Source: Heterodontus francisci
Taxonomy: Eukaryota
Reading direction: 5' to 3'
NCBI RefSeq assembly: GCF_036365525.1
Contig: NC_090415.1
Coordinates: 11,160,001 to 11,224,000 of the forward strand
Length of the DNA stretch: 64,000 nt
Positions 37,983-51,325 of the stretch are shown piece by piece. The notes below the pieces were generated by a model. That model had not been told where the DNA came from. It ran no database searches and was given only the letters and a program-made list of their open reading frames with translations. Each line of letters begins with the position of its first letter. Position 1 is the stretch's first letter. The position numbers and the translations under genes are program-made.

Positions 37983-39329
37983 TTGCCAATGATTATTCAT
38001 GACCCCTTTTAGCCCTCCTAACTCCTTGCTTAAGTTCCTTCCTACTGTCTTTATATTCCTCAAGTGCTTCATCTTTTCGACACGGATTGCTTCAGTAGCT
38101 GAGGAGTCACGAATCATGCTGAACATTGGAGAATCATCAGTGAACATCCCCACTTCTGACGTTATGATTGAAGGAAGGTCATTGATGAAGCAGCTGAAGA
38201 TGGTTGGGCCGAGGACATTACCCTGAGGAACTCCTGCAGTGATGTCCTGGAGCTGAGATGATTGACTTCGAACAACCACAACCATCTTCCTTTGCACTAG
38301 GTATGACTCCAACCAGCGGAGAGTTTTCCCACTGATTCCCATTGACCCCAGTTTTGCAAGGGTTCTTTGATGCCATACTCGGTCAAATGCTGCCTTGATG
38401 TCAAGGCCAGTCACTTTCTCTTCTCTTCTTGAATTCAGCTCTTTTGTCCATGTTTGAACTAAGGCTGTAATGTGGTCAGGAGCTGAGTGGCACTGGCAGA
38501 ACCCAAACTGAGCGTCACTGAGCAGGTTATTACAAAGCAAGTGCCGTTTGATGGCACTGTTGATGACATCTTCCATCACTTTTATGATGATTGAGAGTAG
38601 GCTGATTGTCCAGCTTGGACATGACCTGCTTTTGGTGTCAAAGACATACTTGGGGAATATTCCACATTGTCAGGTACATGCCAATGTTGTAGCTGTACTG
38701 GAACAACTTGGCTAGGGGCAGATCAAGTTCTGGAGAATAGGTCTTCAGAACTATTGCCAGAACATTGTTGGAGCCCAGAGCCTTTGCAGTCTCCAATGCC
38801 TTTAGTCATTACTTGATGTCACACGGAGTGAATCGAAATAGCTGATGCATTCAGGAGGAGTCCGAGATAAATCATCAACTCGGCACCTCGAGCGAAGATT
38901 GTTGCAAATGCTTCAACCTTATCTTTCGCACTGATGTGTTGGGCTCCCTCATCATTGAAGATGGGGATATTTGTGGAGCCACCTCCTTCAGTTAGTCTTT
39001 TACTTGTGTACCACCATTCATGGCTGGATGTGACAGGATTGCAGAGCTTAGTTCTGATCTGTTGGTTATGAGATCACTTGACTCTGTCTATTGCATGCTG
39101 CTTATGCAGTTTGGCCCCCAAATAATCCTGTGTTGTAGCTTCCCCAGGTTGACACCTCATTTTGAGGTATGCCTGGTGCTGCTCCAGGCATGCCCTGCTG
39201 TACTCTTCATTGAACCACGTTTGGTCACCGACCTTGATGGTAATGGTAGAGTGGGGGATATGCCGGGCCATGAGATTACAGGTTGCAGTTGAGTACAATT
39301 CTGCTGCTGTTGGTAACTCGATCCTCATG

Positions 39330-39885
39330 TACGAACATACGAATTATGATCAGGAGTAGGCCACTCGGTCCTTCGAGCCTGCTCTGCCATGCCATTCAAT
39401 ACGTTTTTGTCTCTACTGATTACTTCACATTTCCACCACCCCCCGGTAATCCTCCACTCCCTTGCTCGTGAAGAAACTATTTACTCTGCCTTAAAAATAT
39501 TCAAAGACTCCGCTTATATCGCCGTTTGAGGATGAGAATTCCAAAGGCTCACGACCCTCTGAAAGAAAATAAAAATCTCCTTATCTCTGTCTTAAATTTG
39601 CGACCCCTTATTTCTAAACAGTGACCCCTAGTTATAGATTCTCCCACAAGGGGAAACATCCTTTCCACATCCACCCTGTCAAGACCCCTCAGGATCTTAT
39701 ATGTTTCAATCAAGTCACATCTTACTCTTCTAAATTCCAGTGGATACAAGCCTAGCTTGTCCAATCCTTCCTCGTAAGACAGCCCGTCCATTCCAGGCAT
39801 TAGCCTAGTAAACCTTCTCTGTACTGCCTCCAACGCATTTAAACCGTTCCTTTCATAAGGAGACCAGTACTGTACACATTAATCC
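39330..39885 (-). mobile_element. CR1 3' fragment
   Basis: EAVQRRFTRLMPGM..LIETYKILRGLDRVD. Confidence 0.85.
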
Positions 39886-39929
39886 GAATGGCCCACAGAG
39901 CCTCATGGATGCCCAGTTTTGCATTGCTA

Positions 39930-42065
39930 GGTGAGGAAAACTTTCCCTTATCTCCCCTCTAATCTTTCTACCAAACACTTTAAGTCTTTGTCCCCTCGTC
40001 ACTGACCTCCCTACGAAGGTAAATAGGCCCTTGACATCCACTCTATCCAGGCCTCTCAAAATGTTATACATTTCAATCAGATCTACCATTCTCTGTTCCA
40101 AGGGGAACAGTCCCAGGCCACCCAATCTTTCCTCATAGCTGCATTTTTTCCAGTCCCGGCAACATCCTTGTAAATCTCCTCTGTACCCTCTATAATGCAA
40201 TTCTTCTTTGGCTTCCTTATCTCCACAGACAATGGATGTGGTCAGTGGTGTGTGGAGCAGTGCCTGGAGTGGCGATAAAGGCCAATTCTAGAGTGACAGG
40301 CTCTTCCACAGGTGCTGCAGTAAAAATTGATTGTTGGGGCTGTTACACAGTTGGCTCTTCCCTTGTGCCTCTGTCTTATTTCCTGCCAACTGCAGGAACT
40401 CACCACACTTTAGCCCCGCCTTTATGGCTGTCCGCCAGCTCTGGCGAACGCTGGCAACTGACTCCCACGACTTGTGATCAATGTCACAGGATTTCATGTC
40501 GCGTTTGCAGACGTCTTTAAAGCGGAGACATGGACGGCCAATGGGTCTGATACCAGTGGCGAGCTCGCTGTACAATGTGTCTTTGGGGATCCTGCCATCT
40601 TCCATGCGGCTCACATGGCCAAGCCATCTCAAGCACCGCTGACTCAGTAGTGTGTATAAGCTGGGGATGTTGGCCGCCTCGAGGACTTCTGTGTTGGAGA
40701 TACGGTCCTGCCACCTGATGCCAAGTATTCTCCGGAGGCAGCGAAGATGGAATGAATTGAGACGTCGCTCTTGGCTGACATACATTGTCCAGGCCTCGCT
40801 GCCATAGATCAAGGTACAGAGGACACAGGCTTGATACACTCGGACTATTGTATTCCGTGACAATGCGCCATTTTCCCACACTCTCTTGGCCAGTCTGGAC
40901 ATAGCAGTGGAAGCCTTTCCCATGTGCTTGTTGATTTCTGCATCTAGAGGCAGGTTACTGGTGGTAGTTGAGCCGAGGTAGGTGAACTCTTGAACCACTT
41001 CCAGAGCGTGGTCGCCAATATTGATGGATGGAGCATTTCTGACGTCCTGCCCCATGATGTTCGTTTTCCTGAGGCTGATGGTTAGGCCAAATTCATTGCA
41101 GGCAGCCACAAACCTGTTGATGAGACTCTGCAGGCACTTTTCAGTATGAGATGTTAAAGCAGCATCATCAGCAAAGAGGAGTTCCCTGATGAGGACTTTC
41201 CGTACTTTGGACTTCGCTCTTCGACGGACAAGGTTGAACAACCTGCCCCCTGATCTTGTGTGGAGGAAAATTCCTTCTTCCAAGGACTTGAACGCATGTG
41301 AAAGCAATTACATGACTTCTTAACCACCTTGTAGACCTGTCCTCCTACCTTCTGGGTCAGTGGACATTTACTCCAAGGTCCCTCACATTCTCTACACAAC
41401 TCAGTATATTCCCATTAATCATGTATTCCTTTGCCTTGTTTGACCTCCCAAAATGCATCGCCTCACATTTATCCGAATTTTATTCCATTTGTCATTTTTT
41501 TTGCCCATATGTCCAGAGCATCAATATCTTCCTGCAGCCTACAGCAATCCTCCTCGCTTTCTATCACACGACCAATTTTTGTGTCGTCTGTAAGCTTCTT
41601 GATCATTTCCCCTACATTTACGTCCAAATCATTAATATATACCACAATGAGCAGGTGACCCAGTTCTGAGCCAAGTGGAACGCCAATGGAAACAGCTCTC
41701 CAATCGCAAAAACACCCGTTAATAATTACCCTTTATTGCCTGCCACTGAATCAAATTTACATCCAGCTTACTGTATTTTCCCGCATCCCCCGGGATTTTA
41801 TTTTTGAAACAGTCTCCCATGTGGGACCTTGTCAAAATCCTTGTTAAAGTCCATGTCGACCGCATCAACTGCAGTGCCCTCATACAACTTCCTTGTTACT
41901 TCTTCAATAAATTCGCTCAAGTTGGTCAGACGAGATCTTCCCTTCACAAATCCACGCTGACTATTCTTGACTAATCGATGCCTTTCTAAGTGACAGTTTA
42001 TCCTGTCTCTCAGAATGATTCCAATATTTTGCTCACTACTGAGGTTAGACTGACTGACCTGTAAT
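39930..42065 (-). mobile_element. CR1 RT fragment split by an RTE insertion
   Basis: CR1 RT sequence at 41305-42065 continues at 39930-40200. Confidence 0.75.
40203..41303 (-). mobile_element. RTE-clade non-LTR retrotransposon, 5'-truncated
   Basis: ORF 40288-41307: ELLFADDAAL, FGLTISLRKT, FTYLGS, YGSEAWT, RWLGHVSRMEDGRIPK; possible short TSD GCAATT. Confidence 0.9.
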
Positions 42066-42589
42066 TATTGAGTTGTGGGCTGAAATGTCAGATTCGTTTT
42101 ATCTCGAAAGATCCACCCGGGGAGACCGACGATACAAACTTATCTCTCACTTATATGGTGCCACAAGCAGCCACATTATTAATCTCACAATCTGAGGACG
42201 TGTCCGAAAGTGAGTCACACAATGTCCCAAATGTAACTTTTTTTCTGCCCTGTTGAGGTCTCTGCAATGTTTCAGCTCGAACCGTTCGCTCTGACACTCA
42301 GTGACCGACATTTTCAATGTGATTACATGAATCTAGGACTGTTACTGTCAGATATTAAATCCTGCGCGATCCCAGCAAACACACCGACTCCCTCCAAGGA
42401 TTGCTTTGAGAAACTGGGCAAACATACTGCAGAGAATAAACTCAAATTGAACTTTATAAAGGGGTAATCTCCCAGATGTGAACCTTCTCTAATCTTACCC
42501 GCAGCCCCTGTTCCATTGCTCACAATGTGATAAAACTGAACTGAATAAAGTTCCAATTGTTTGTATTTTTGTTTTTCAAAGCGTTGCCG

Positions 42590-42970
42590 AAAGAAGCGCA
42601 TGCGCGTTAAAGCCCCGCCCACACCTCTGATCGTTGATGACTGACAGAGCGCATGCGCTCCCCTGTGCCTGCAAGGCTATTGAACGGCATTTATTCAAAG
42701 AGGGGAAAGCGTTTGTTTTTAACAGAGGGAATGGAGATATTACAGTATCGGGGTAAGTCAGCAAACAGCAGTCTCCTTCCAGCAGCACTTTGTTTGGGGA
42801 AACTTGTCCGCAATCTGGCTCAGAGATCGTCATTGACTTTGGGGCAAGTTCAGGAGGGTTGCGAGTTGTTTGCAAGAGACAGAGTGAGGCAGGAAGTGAT
42901 CCGGTAACATGGAGTGAGCGGCGGAAGGCAGAGGCATTTCTTGGGCTGCGTGTGCACTGCGTAAGTGAGA
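42590..42970 (+). promoter_or_regulatory. CpG-rich promoter-like segment: two GCGCATGCGC (42596, 42649), GC box, splice donor GTAAGT (42753)
   Basis: Motifs seen directly; paralogous to 13320-13700. Confidence 0.6.
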
Positions 42971-43104
42971 CAAAACGTGAAGAAGCTGCTGTTGAAATTC
43001 ATGGCTGTTTTTATCCTCAAACCTGTAATGCTTGTTCCTGGTTTAGCTCCTATTTCACGCTGTTTGTTGTTATTGACAAGTGAATAGTGAAAACAGAGCC
43101 GGAC

Positions 43105-43695
43105 TGTTGGCATTTATTGCAAGGGGGATGGAATATAAACGTCGGTTGTTGGTGAGACCTCACCTGGAGTATTGGATACAGTTGTGGTCTCCTTCGCATT
43201 GGATGCAGTTCAGGCAAGGTTCGTTCCGTTGCTTCCTGCGATGAAGAGGTTGCGCTTTGAGGAAAAGGTGGAGCAGGTTGTGTTACACTCATTGGAGTTT
43301 GTAATAATCAGAGCTAATCTTATTGAAAAATGTAAAATTCTGAGGGGTCTTGACAGAGTAGATGCTGAGAAGATATCTCCCCTCCTGAGGGAATCAAGAA
43401 CCACGTCGCACAGTTTCAGAATAAGGGGTCTCCCATTTTAGACGGAGGTAAGGAAGAATTTCATCTCACAAAGCGTCATTAAGCTATGGAATTTTCTACC
43501 CCTGAGAGAAGTGGATGCTGGATGATTAAATATATTCAAGGATGAGTTAATTTTTTGATCTACAAGGGAGTAATGGGTTTTTAGCCAGGCAGGATAATGG
43601 AGCTGAAGCCAAGATCAAATCAGACATGATTTTATTGAATGGTGGATCAGGCTGGAGAGGCTGAATGGCTGACTCCTGCTCCTAGTTCTTAGGTT
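43105..43695 (+). mobile_element. Old CR1 3' fragment
   Basis: KILRGLDRVDAEK..RESRT..HSFRIRG. Confidence 0.75.
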
Positions 43696-44269
43696 ATTAC
43701 ATTATAATGCCAGATGGAAATAGAAACCTGACCTGCACAAATATCCCTGCTCCATCAGGTCGTCCCAACCTTGGAGCAGTGTAGATGTTGGCTTGTTTCT
43801 GGATGTCCCAAAATTGCTGTGAAACTGCCAAGACACCTCGTCAGCAGATGCTGAGAGCTGCAGTGGAATCAGACAGTGACATTCTTTGTATTTTTGGTTT
43901 GATTTGTGATTAGTCATAATGATTATTAATTGAAATGTTACATTAATCTCTTTTCTAGCTTCCAACTCAACTGATCGTGACTTACAATACATAGTTTTCT
44001 TCCTTTCTGTTGGCAAATAGTTCAAGGGAGCAGAATGAATGTGTTGATTCCCAGGCACAAGGGCAAGTGCAGTCGGCTCCTTCCATCACAGACAAGGTAC
44101 AGTACCACTCCCATCGGCCTTCAGTTCATGGCATTGTCACAAGAAGCAGATGTAGTCAAACTCTCACTGATCCTAAGTTTAGAGACCCATTTCCAATCCA
44201 GCAATCAAACAAATCAGAAGAGACAGACATTGTATCCAATCCAATCCAAATCAATACTGCTGAAAATTA

Positions 44270-46150
44270 GGTAAAGTTCAAAAGCAGAACCCACTATCAG
44301 AGTAAAAGGCACTCTGTCAATCTCACAAGAGGGTGCATCCTGGAGACAGTGAATCTCACCCTCACATGCCTGAAACTGATGTTGACAAAATAAAAATAAA
44401 CACATTCATATAATGTAAACAGACAGGCACAAAGTGAAATTCACATTTACAAATGATTAAAAAGTTTAAGTAAAGATTAAAACATTCAGCCACAGAAAGG
44501 AAACTGACAGATACAGAGAAGAAAATGAAACCACTCACAGGCAAGAGACTGTCAGATAGAAAATAAAACCAGAGTCACCTAACAGAGACAGACAGTTACC
44601 AGTAACAGACATGGACACATTGCAGAGACTGAGAAGCACAAAGGAAAATCAATTCTTCAATAACAGAAATTGAAATCTAGGAATAACACACATAGACATT
44701 GTAGTAGACATAGATAGCTGCAGAAAAAAGAAAATGTGCTCACACACCTATCAGGAACTGTATGTTGCAGTTTAAAACGTACAGTTACAGAGCAGAAATC
44801 GACAGATTCAGAGAAAGGCCCCATGTCACACACTAGAATTTGAAAGATGCAGAATAAAACCACACTATATTACCTTAACTTTACCGGTGCAGCTTAGAAC
44901 TGACACTCACATAACAGAAGACAACTGGTGCAAAGTGAAACTCACTCAAGTAATAGAAACTGACAGGTACAGATCAAAAACCACAATCATATCCCAGAAA
45001 ATAACAGGTACAGAACAAATCAACAGTCACATAACAAAATCTGGCAGAAAGATAAATAAAACCACCTTCATTTTTCATAAACTGACAGGTACAGACTGAA
45101 AACTACATTCATATACAATCAATGCACTGGAACAGATTTAATCCCTCATTCACTTAACAGAAGCAAACAGATATAGGGTAAAGCACGGACTCAAATTCCA
45201 AAGATTGAAAGATCCAGAATAAACCCACATTCACATATCAGCAACTGACAGGGAAAGAGTAAATTCTTCCCACATTTCGGAAAGTAACAGGTACAGAATA
45301 AATGCCACCCTCACATATGAGAAACTGGCAGAAACAGATTGTAAAAAGACTCATATAGGAGAAACCTAGAGGTACACATTAAAATCAACATTCACATATC
45401 AGAAATTAGGAGAGACAGTAAAAAATGCCAGACTTAACTACCAGAGACTGACAGAGACAGTGTGAAATCCATAATGAATTGCAAGAAATTAACAGTTAGA
45501 GAGTGAAAGTCTCTCATCCACAAGAGACACTGACAGGTACAAAGAAAACCTAACAATTGCACTTCAGACCCTCACAGATACAGATCAACACGCACATAAT
45601 TAAGAAGATTCATATACCAGATACTGACAGATACAGGTTAAAACTCACACAAACAGAAATAAAAAACAGACAGGTTCAGAATAAAATTGGCAGTCACATA
45701 TCAGAGAATGACAATGTACAAAGTAAACCACACAGCCACATGTCAGAAACTGGCATGTACAGATTAAATATCACATCGGAGAGCAAGTAGAGATGTGGTG
45801 TAAAATCCACACTCAAAAACCAGACTGAAACTCTTACTCTTATACCAGACAGTGACAGAGAGAGGTTAAAAGCCTCAGCTACACATGAGACATTTAAGGG
45901 CACAAGTCAAACCTTAAATTGGCATACTAGACAATCAAAGATAAAGTGTGAACTCCCACTCATATACACAAGAATGTAATATTAACTGTCAAATCCACAC
46001 TCACATACCATATACTGATGGGGACAAAGTACAACCCAGATACTTTTACACACAAGAAGCTGAAAGGTACAGAATAAGACGTTTCTCACATAAAACAAAC
46101 TGACAGGTGCAGATAAAGCCACACTCAAAATCCAAAACTGACAGAGGTAA
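44270..46150 (+). repeat. Decayed ~40-41 bp tandem array
   Basis: Periodic CACATTCACATATCAG.AACTGACAG units, clearest at 44900-45700. Confidence 0.72.
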
Positions 46151-46169
46151 ATTGTAGACTAGGGATTGA

Positions 46170-49083
46170 GAGATATACAGTGAAACTTACACCCGCCAAG
46201 ACTGGTGTGGGAGAAGTCAGGTTCAGTTTGTGGGGCACTGGCACCAGCACTAGTGAAAGTGGAGGCTGTACCGTTCGAACAGTCTATACCTGAACTGAGC
46301 TGGGACCAGTGTTCGAGAAAACCATATAACTAGGGATGTAGAGAGGCACTTGATCTAATCAAAGGGGTAGAGGGATCAAGCTTTAGTAGATGTAACAAAT
46401 CAAGGGTTAGAGTCAGTGCAGGAGAACACAATAGTAACAGGGGAAATGAAGGCCAGTGAATGGCAGGAAGGGGCAAAGAGAAAAAAAACCTAAGAGCAGA
46501 CCGACAGTCAACACTAGATGTGACAAAGATAACAAAAAGGTAAAACCAAAGGCTCTTTATGTGAATGCACATAGCGTTCATAACAAAGTAGAGGAACTGA
46601 TAGCACATGTTGATGTAAATAAATATGATCTCATAGCCATTATGGAGACATGGTTGCAGGATGACAAGGATTGGGTCCTCAATATTGATGGATATATAAC
46701 ATTCAAGAAGAACAGGAAGCGAGGTAAAGGTGGAGGGGTGGCACTGTTAATCAAGGATCGTATTGTTGCAATAGTTAGACATGACCTTGGTTCAGGAGAT
46801 CAGGATGTAGAATCGGTTTGAGTGGAGATGAGGAATAGTCAGGGAAAAAGGCACTCGTGGGAGTCGTCGACAGGCCCCCAGACAGTAATCACAATGTAGG
46901 ATGAAGTCTTCAAGAATAACTAATGGGTGCTTGAGATAAAGGGATGGAAATAATCATGGGTGATTTTAGTCAACATATAAACTGGAAAAAATCAGATTGG
47001 TAATCGAAGCCTGTATGAGGAGTTCATAGAATGCTTTCGAAATCGTTTCTTCGAGCAGCATGTTCTAGAACCATCCGGCGAGCAGGTTATTTTCGACTGG
47101 GTATTGTGCAATTTGACAGGATTAATTAATGACCTCAGATAAAGGCACCTCTTGGTAGCAATGATCACAATGTGACTGAAGTTTGCATCCAGTTTAAAAG
47201 TGAGAGGAGTGTGTCTAAGACTAGTATTGTAAACTTAAATAAGGGCAACTATGTGGGCATGAAAGCTGAGCTAGCTGAAGTGAACTGGGTTACTGGGCCA
47301 GGAGATAGTTCAATTGAGAAGCAGTGGCAGACATTTAAGTGGATATTTCAGAATACTTAAAATAAGTATATCCCTACTATAAAGAATAATTCCAAGGGGA
47401 GGATCCCCCATCCATGGTTGATTAAAGAAGTTAAGGAAGGCATCAACCTGAATGAAAAGGCAGAGAATTGTGCAAAGATGAATGGCAGGTCAGATGATTG
47501 AGTCATTCTGTGCCATTCTATATATTCTGACCAAAGGTTAATCAGGAGAAAAGAAATTAGAGCATGGGAGTAAGCTAGCTAGAAATCTAAAAACGGATAG
47601 CAAGGGTTTCTGCAGGTATTTGAAAAGGAAAAGTTTAAGTAAATTGAGTGTTGGTCCTCTATGGAATGAAAATTGGGAGTTAACGTTTGGTAATAAGAAA
47701 ATGGCAGAAGAAATGAATAAAAAAATTCCTTCTGTCTTAACAATAGCGGAGACAAAAATCATTCCCGTAATAGCTGTAAATCAAGAGGTGGATGGAAGAG
47801 AGGAACTTGTTGAAATTACAATCACCAGGGAAGCAGCACTGAGTAAACTGATGGAGCTGTGGGCTGACAAGTCCCTGGGTCCTGTTGGTGTTCATCCTAG
47901 TGTCTTAAAATGGTGGCTACTGAAGTCATAGATTTGTGGGTGTTAATTTTTCAAAATTCGTAAGATTCGGGAAAGGTTGCTTCAGACTGGACTGTAGAAA
48001 ATATAACCCCTCTATTCGAGAAGGTAGGGAGGCAGAGAAAGGGTAACTATAGTAATCTTAAAGCAAAATACTGCAGATGCTGGAAATTTGAAATAAAAAC
48101 AATAAATGTGGGAAATACTCAGCAGGTCTGGCAGCATCTGTGGAGAGAGATGCAGAGTCAACATTTCAGGTCAGTGACCCTTCATCAGGGTAACTATAGA
48201 CCCCGATAGCTTAACCCCTGTGATCAGGAAGGTGGTAGAATTGCTCAATGAGGAGGCTACAGCTGGGCATTTAGAAAAACACAAGGTCATCAGGAATATT
48301 CAGCATGGTTTTGTGAAGAGGTAATCATGTTTAACTGATTTATTGAAGTTCTTTGAAGGACTAACATGCGGTGTGGATAAAGGGGAATCCTTTGACATAA
48401 AGTACTTGGATTTCCAGAAGGTATTTGACAAGGTGCCACATAAAAGGTTATTGTGCAATGTATGAGCTCATGGCGTGGTGGGTAACATATTGGCATGGAT
48501 AGAAGGTTGACTGGCTGGCAGAAAACAGAGAATGCATAAATGGGTCCTTTTCTGATTGGCAGGATGTGACAAGTGCTGGGATCTCCACTTTTTACAATTT
48601 ATATCAATGATTTAGATGAGGGGAGCGATAACATGGCAGCTAAATTTGCAGATGAAACAAAGATAGGTAGGAAAGTATGTTGTGAAGAGGACATAAGGAG
48701 GTTGCAGATTGATCTAGATTGGTTGAGTGACAGGGCAGAAATCTGGCAGATGATGTACAATGTGAGAAAATGTGAAGTTGTTCACTTTGTCAGGAAGATC
48801 AAAAGATACATCAGTGTCGCGTGACTGCAGAATTCTGGGGTGCAGAGGGATCTAGGTGTTCTGGTGCATGAGTCAAAAATGTTAGTGTGCAGTTACAGCA
48901 AGACATAAAGAAGGCAAATGGAATGCTATCCATTATTATGAGAGGAATTGAAAATGACAATAAGCCTGTTATACTTCAGTTATACAGGTCATTGGTGAGA
49001 CCACATCCAGAATACTGTGTGCAGTTTTGGTCTCCTTTAAGGAAGGAAGTAAATGTGTTGGAGGCGGTTCAAAGGAGGTTTAC
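46170..49083 (+). mobile_element. Old CR1-clade LINE, paralog of 16400-19500
   Basis: KYDLIAIMETWLQ, KFADETKIG and [15 protein letters not shown]; same 5' flank. Confidence 0.88.
48053..48186 (-). mobile_element. 134-bp Penelope pLTR-derived element with hammerhead core
   Basis: 13-bp TSD AGGGTAACTATAG (48040-48052, 48187-48199); empty site in the paralogous CR1 near 18136-18147; minus strand CTGATGA-A-GGGTCACTGACCT-GAAA. Confidence 0.85.
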
Positions 49084-49974
49084 TTCAGAGAAGTGAGCGT
49101 AACAGCTAACCGGAAGAAAAAGACACAAACTCAAATACCAGAGAATGAGGGTTACAGAGTAAAACCCACACTCACTTATCAGTAATAGCCATTTTCAGAA
49201 TTAAAAACCTTTCCCATCTTCCCATTGCAGCGACTGACATGCACAGAGTAAAACTAACAGTTATTTAGCAGAAATTAACAAGCACACTTGTAAATGTACA
49301 CTCACAGAATAGAAACTGTCAGTTCAAGGTAGAAGCAGATTCACACAGATCAAATTGAATGTTACAATGTTAACTCCATAATTAAATACCAGAAGCTGAT
49401 GGGCACACAGTAAATCTTACAATAGCATACCAGACGCAGACAGACAGTGAAACAACATTATCACAGAGTGGAATCTGACAAGTGAAGAGGAAAATTTACA
49501 GTAGCATATCAGGGAATGAGAGGGAAAGAGTAATTCAAGCAGTACCATAAACCAACAAGTGCAGAATCATGGCCATACAAAGAAGTGTGATGCTGATAGG
49601 TACAGGGAAAATATTACACTCACAACAGATGGACAGAAACAGAATAAAGCACATACACATAAAGTAACTGAGGTACATAGCAAAATCCACATTTACATGT
49701 CAGAAACAGACACAGAGAGCAAAACACACACTCACAAATTGTACACAGATAAATACAGAGTAATAGCCACATTCACATTACAGAGACTGGTAGATGTAGG
49801 GTCAAACCCACAATCAGTTACCACAATCATAAAGTTACAGAATAAATCAGATAATTGCACTGCAGGAACTGACAACATGCTGGGTCAAATCCTCATTTGC
49901 ATATCAGAACTGAAAGGTTAAATATTGATCCCACATTCACTTGCCAGAAAATGTACATCTCCATGTACAGTGTA

Positions 49975-50212
49975 AATGAAAATGGAAAATGCTGGAAATA
50001 CTCTGCAAGTCTGGCAGCACCTGTGGAGAGAGAAATTCAGTTCACATTTCAGGTCAATGACCTTTGATCAGGACAGACCTTTCTGATGAAAGGTCATTGA
50101 CCTGAAAGGCTAATTCTGTTTCTGTCTCCACAGATGCTGGCAGTCCTGCTGTGTATTTACAGAATTTTCTGCTTTAATTTCCAATTTCCAGCATTAACAG
50201 TATTTTGCTTTG
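49975..50212. mobile_element. Head-to-head inverted Penelope pLTR pair with hammerhead cores
   Basis: Plus-strand CTGATGA-A-AGGTCATTGACCT-GAAA at 50083-50107, mirrored at 50047-50071. Confidence 0.78.
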
Positions 50213-50639
50213 TATTCGGTGCAGTTTAAAGATCTTACTTCAATACCAGTAATTGACAAGTACGAAGGAATACTCATATTCACGTAAGAGAAAGTGAGCG
50301 ATTCAAACCAAAACCACCGTTCAATTCATCAGTAAATGACAGGTGCATAAAAAAATCCACTCACATCAGAAGCTGCAGGTAGAGTGAAAAGTGCACATGC
50401 ACATATCAGTAAGTGACAGAGATAAATATAGTCACATTCCACATTCTGAGATAAAGAATGAATCCCTCACACACATACCATACAAAGAGGGACAGATATT
50501 TGGACAGATCTAGGTGTGTAAGAGATCCTTCATTGTTCGTTAAATATAAACAAACAGATCCTGTCTTTCAGAGTGGCAGATGCAGAATAAGTTCTACACT
50601 CAGACTGTACCATTGATGAACAGCTACAGAACGAATGTC

Positions 50640-51065
50640 ATTCATAAAAGTGGTGTTAGGCAGGGAGTTCCAGAATTTGGGCTGAGTGATGATGAAGGAA
50701 TGGTGTTATATTTTTGAAGTCAGTATGTTGTGCAAACTAGAGTTGAAATTGCAGGTGGTAATGTTCTTATAAGCTTGCTGCCCATGTTCCAGTCAGTAGC
50801 AGATGTCATGGGTTTGGAAGGTGCTGTTGTACGGTACTTCCTCAGGTTGATGCAGTACATCTTTTAGATGGGACACACTGTGCACTGGTGGGTGGAGGGA
50901 GTAAATGCATAACCTGGTGAATGGTAAGATAATCAAGCCTGCTGATTTGTCCTGGATGGTATCAAGCTTCTTCGGTGTTTTTAGAGCTGCACTCAACCAA
51001 GCAAGTGGAGAGTAATCCATCAGAATTCTGACTTGTGGCTTGTAGGTGGTGGAAAGACTTTGGGA
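50640..51065 (-). mobile_element. L2/CR1-group LINE 3' fragment
   Basis: YKPQVRILMDYSPLAW..KKLDTIQDK, similar to 34740-35600. Confidence 0.7.
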
Positions 51066-51325
51066 AGTTCTCCCTGTGTCTGCATGGGTTTTCTCCGGGT
51101 GCTCCAGTTTACTCCCACATGCCAATGACTTGCAGGTTGATAGGTAAATTGGCCATTATAAATTGCCCCTAATATAGGTAGGTGGTTGGAAAAAATAGGG
51201 ACAGGTGGGGATGTGGTTGGAACATGGAATTAGTGGAGGATTAGTATAAATGGGTGGTTGATGGTCGGCACAGACTCGGTGGGCCGAAGGGCCTGTTTCA
51301 GTGCTGTATCTCTAAACTAAACTAA
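51066..51325 (+). mobile_element. HE1-type SINE, 5'-truncated
   Basis: V-domain through (CTAAA)n tail. Confidence 0.88.

Larger units (their letters stand above)
35815..38078 (-). mobile_element. CR1-clade LINE nested in the L2/CR1-group element, with an internal deletion
   Basis: ORFs 37183-37527 (KSPGPDGIYPRIL), 36968-37168, 36631-36999 and 35894-36427. Confidence 0.88.
34740..39930 (-). mobile_element. L2/CR1-group LINE of a different family; host of several nested insertions
   Basis: ORF 37791-38579 (AQFGF..HSAPD, LDIKAAFDRVWH, AGVPQGNVLGPTIFSCFINDLP) and TTLKKLDTIQD at 35.5 kb; sequence resumes across the inserts. Confidence 0.8.
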
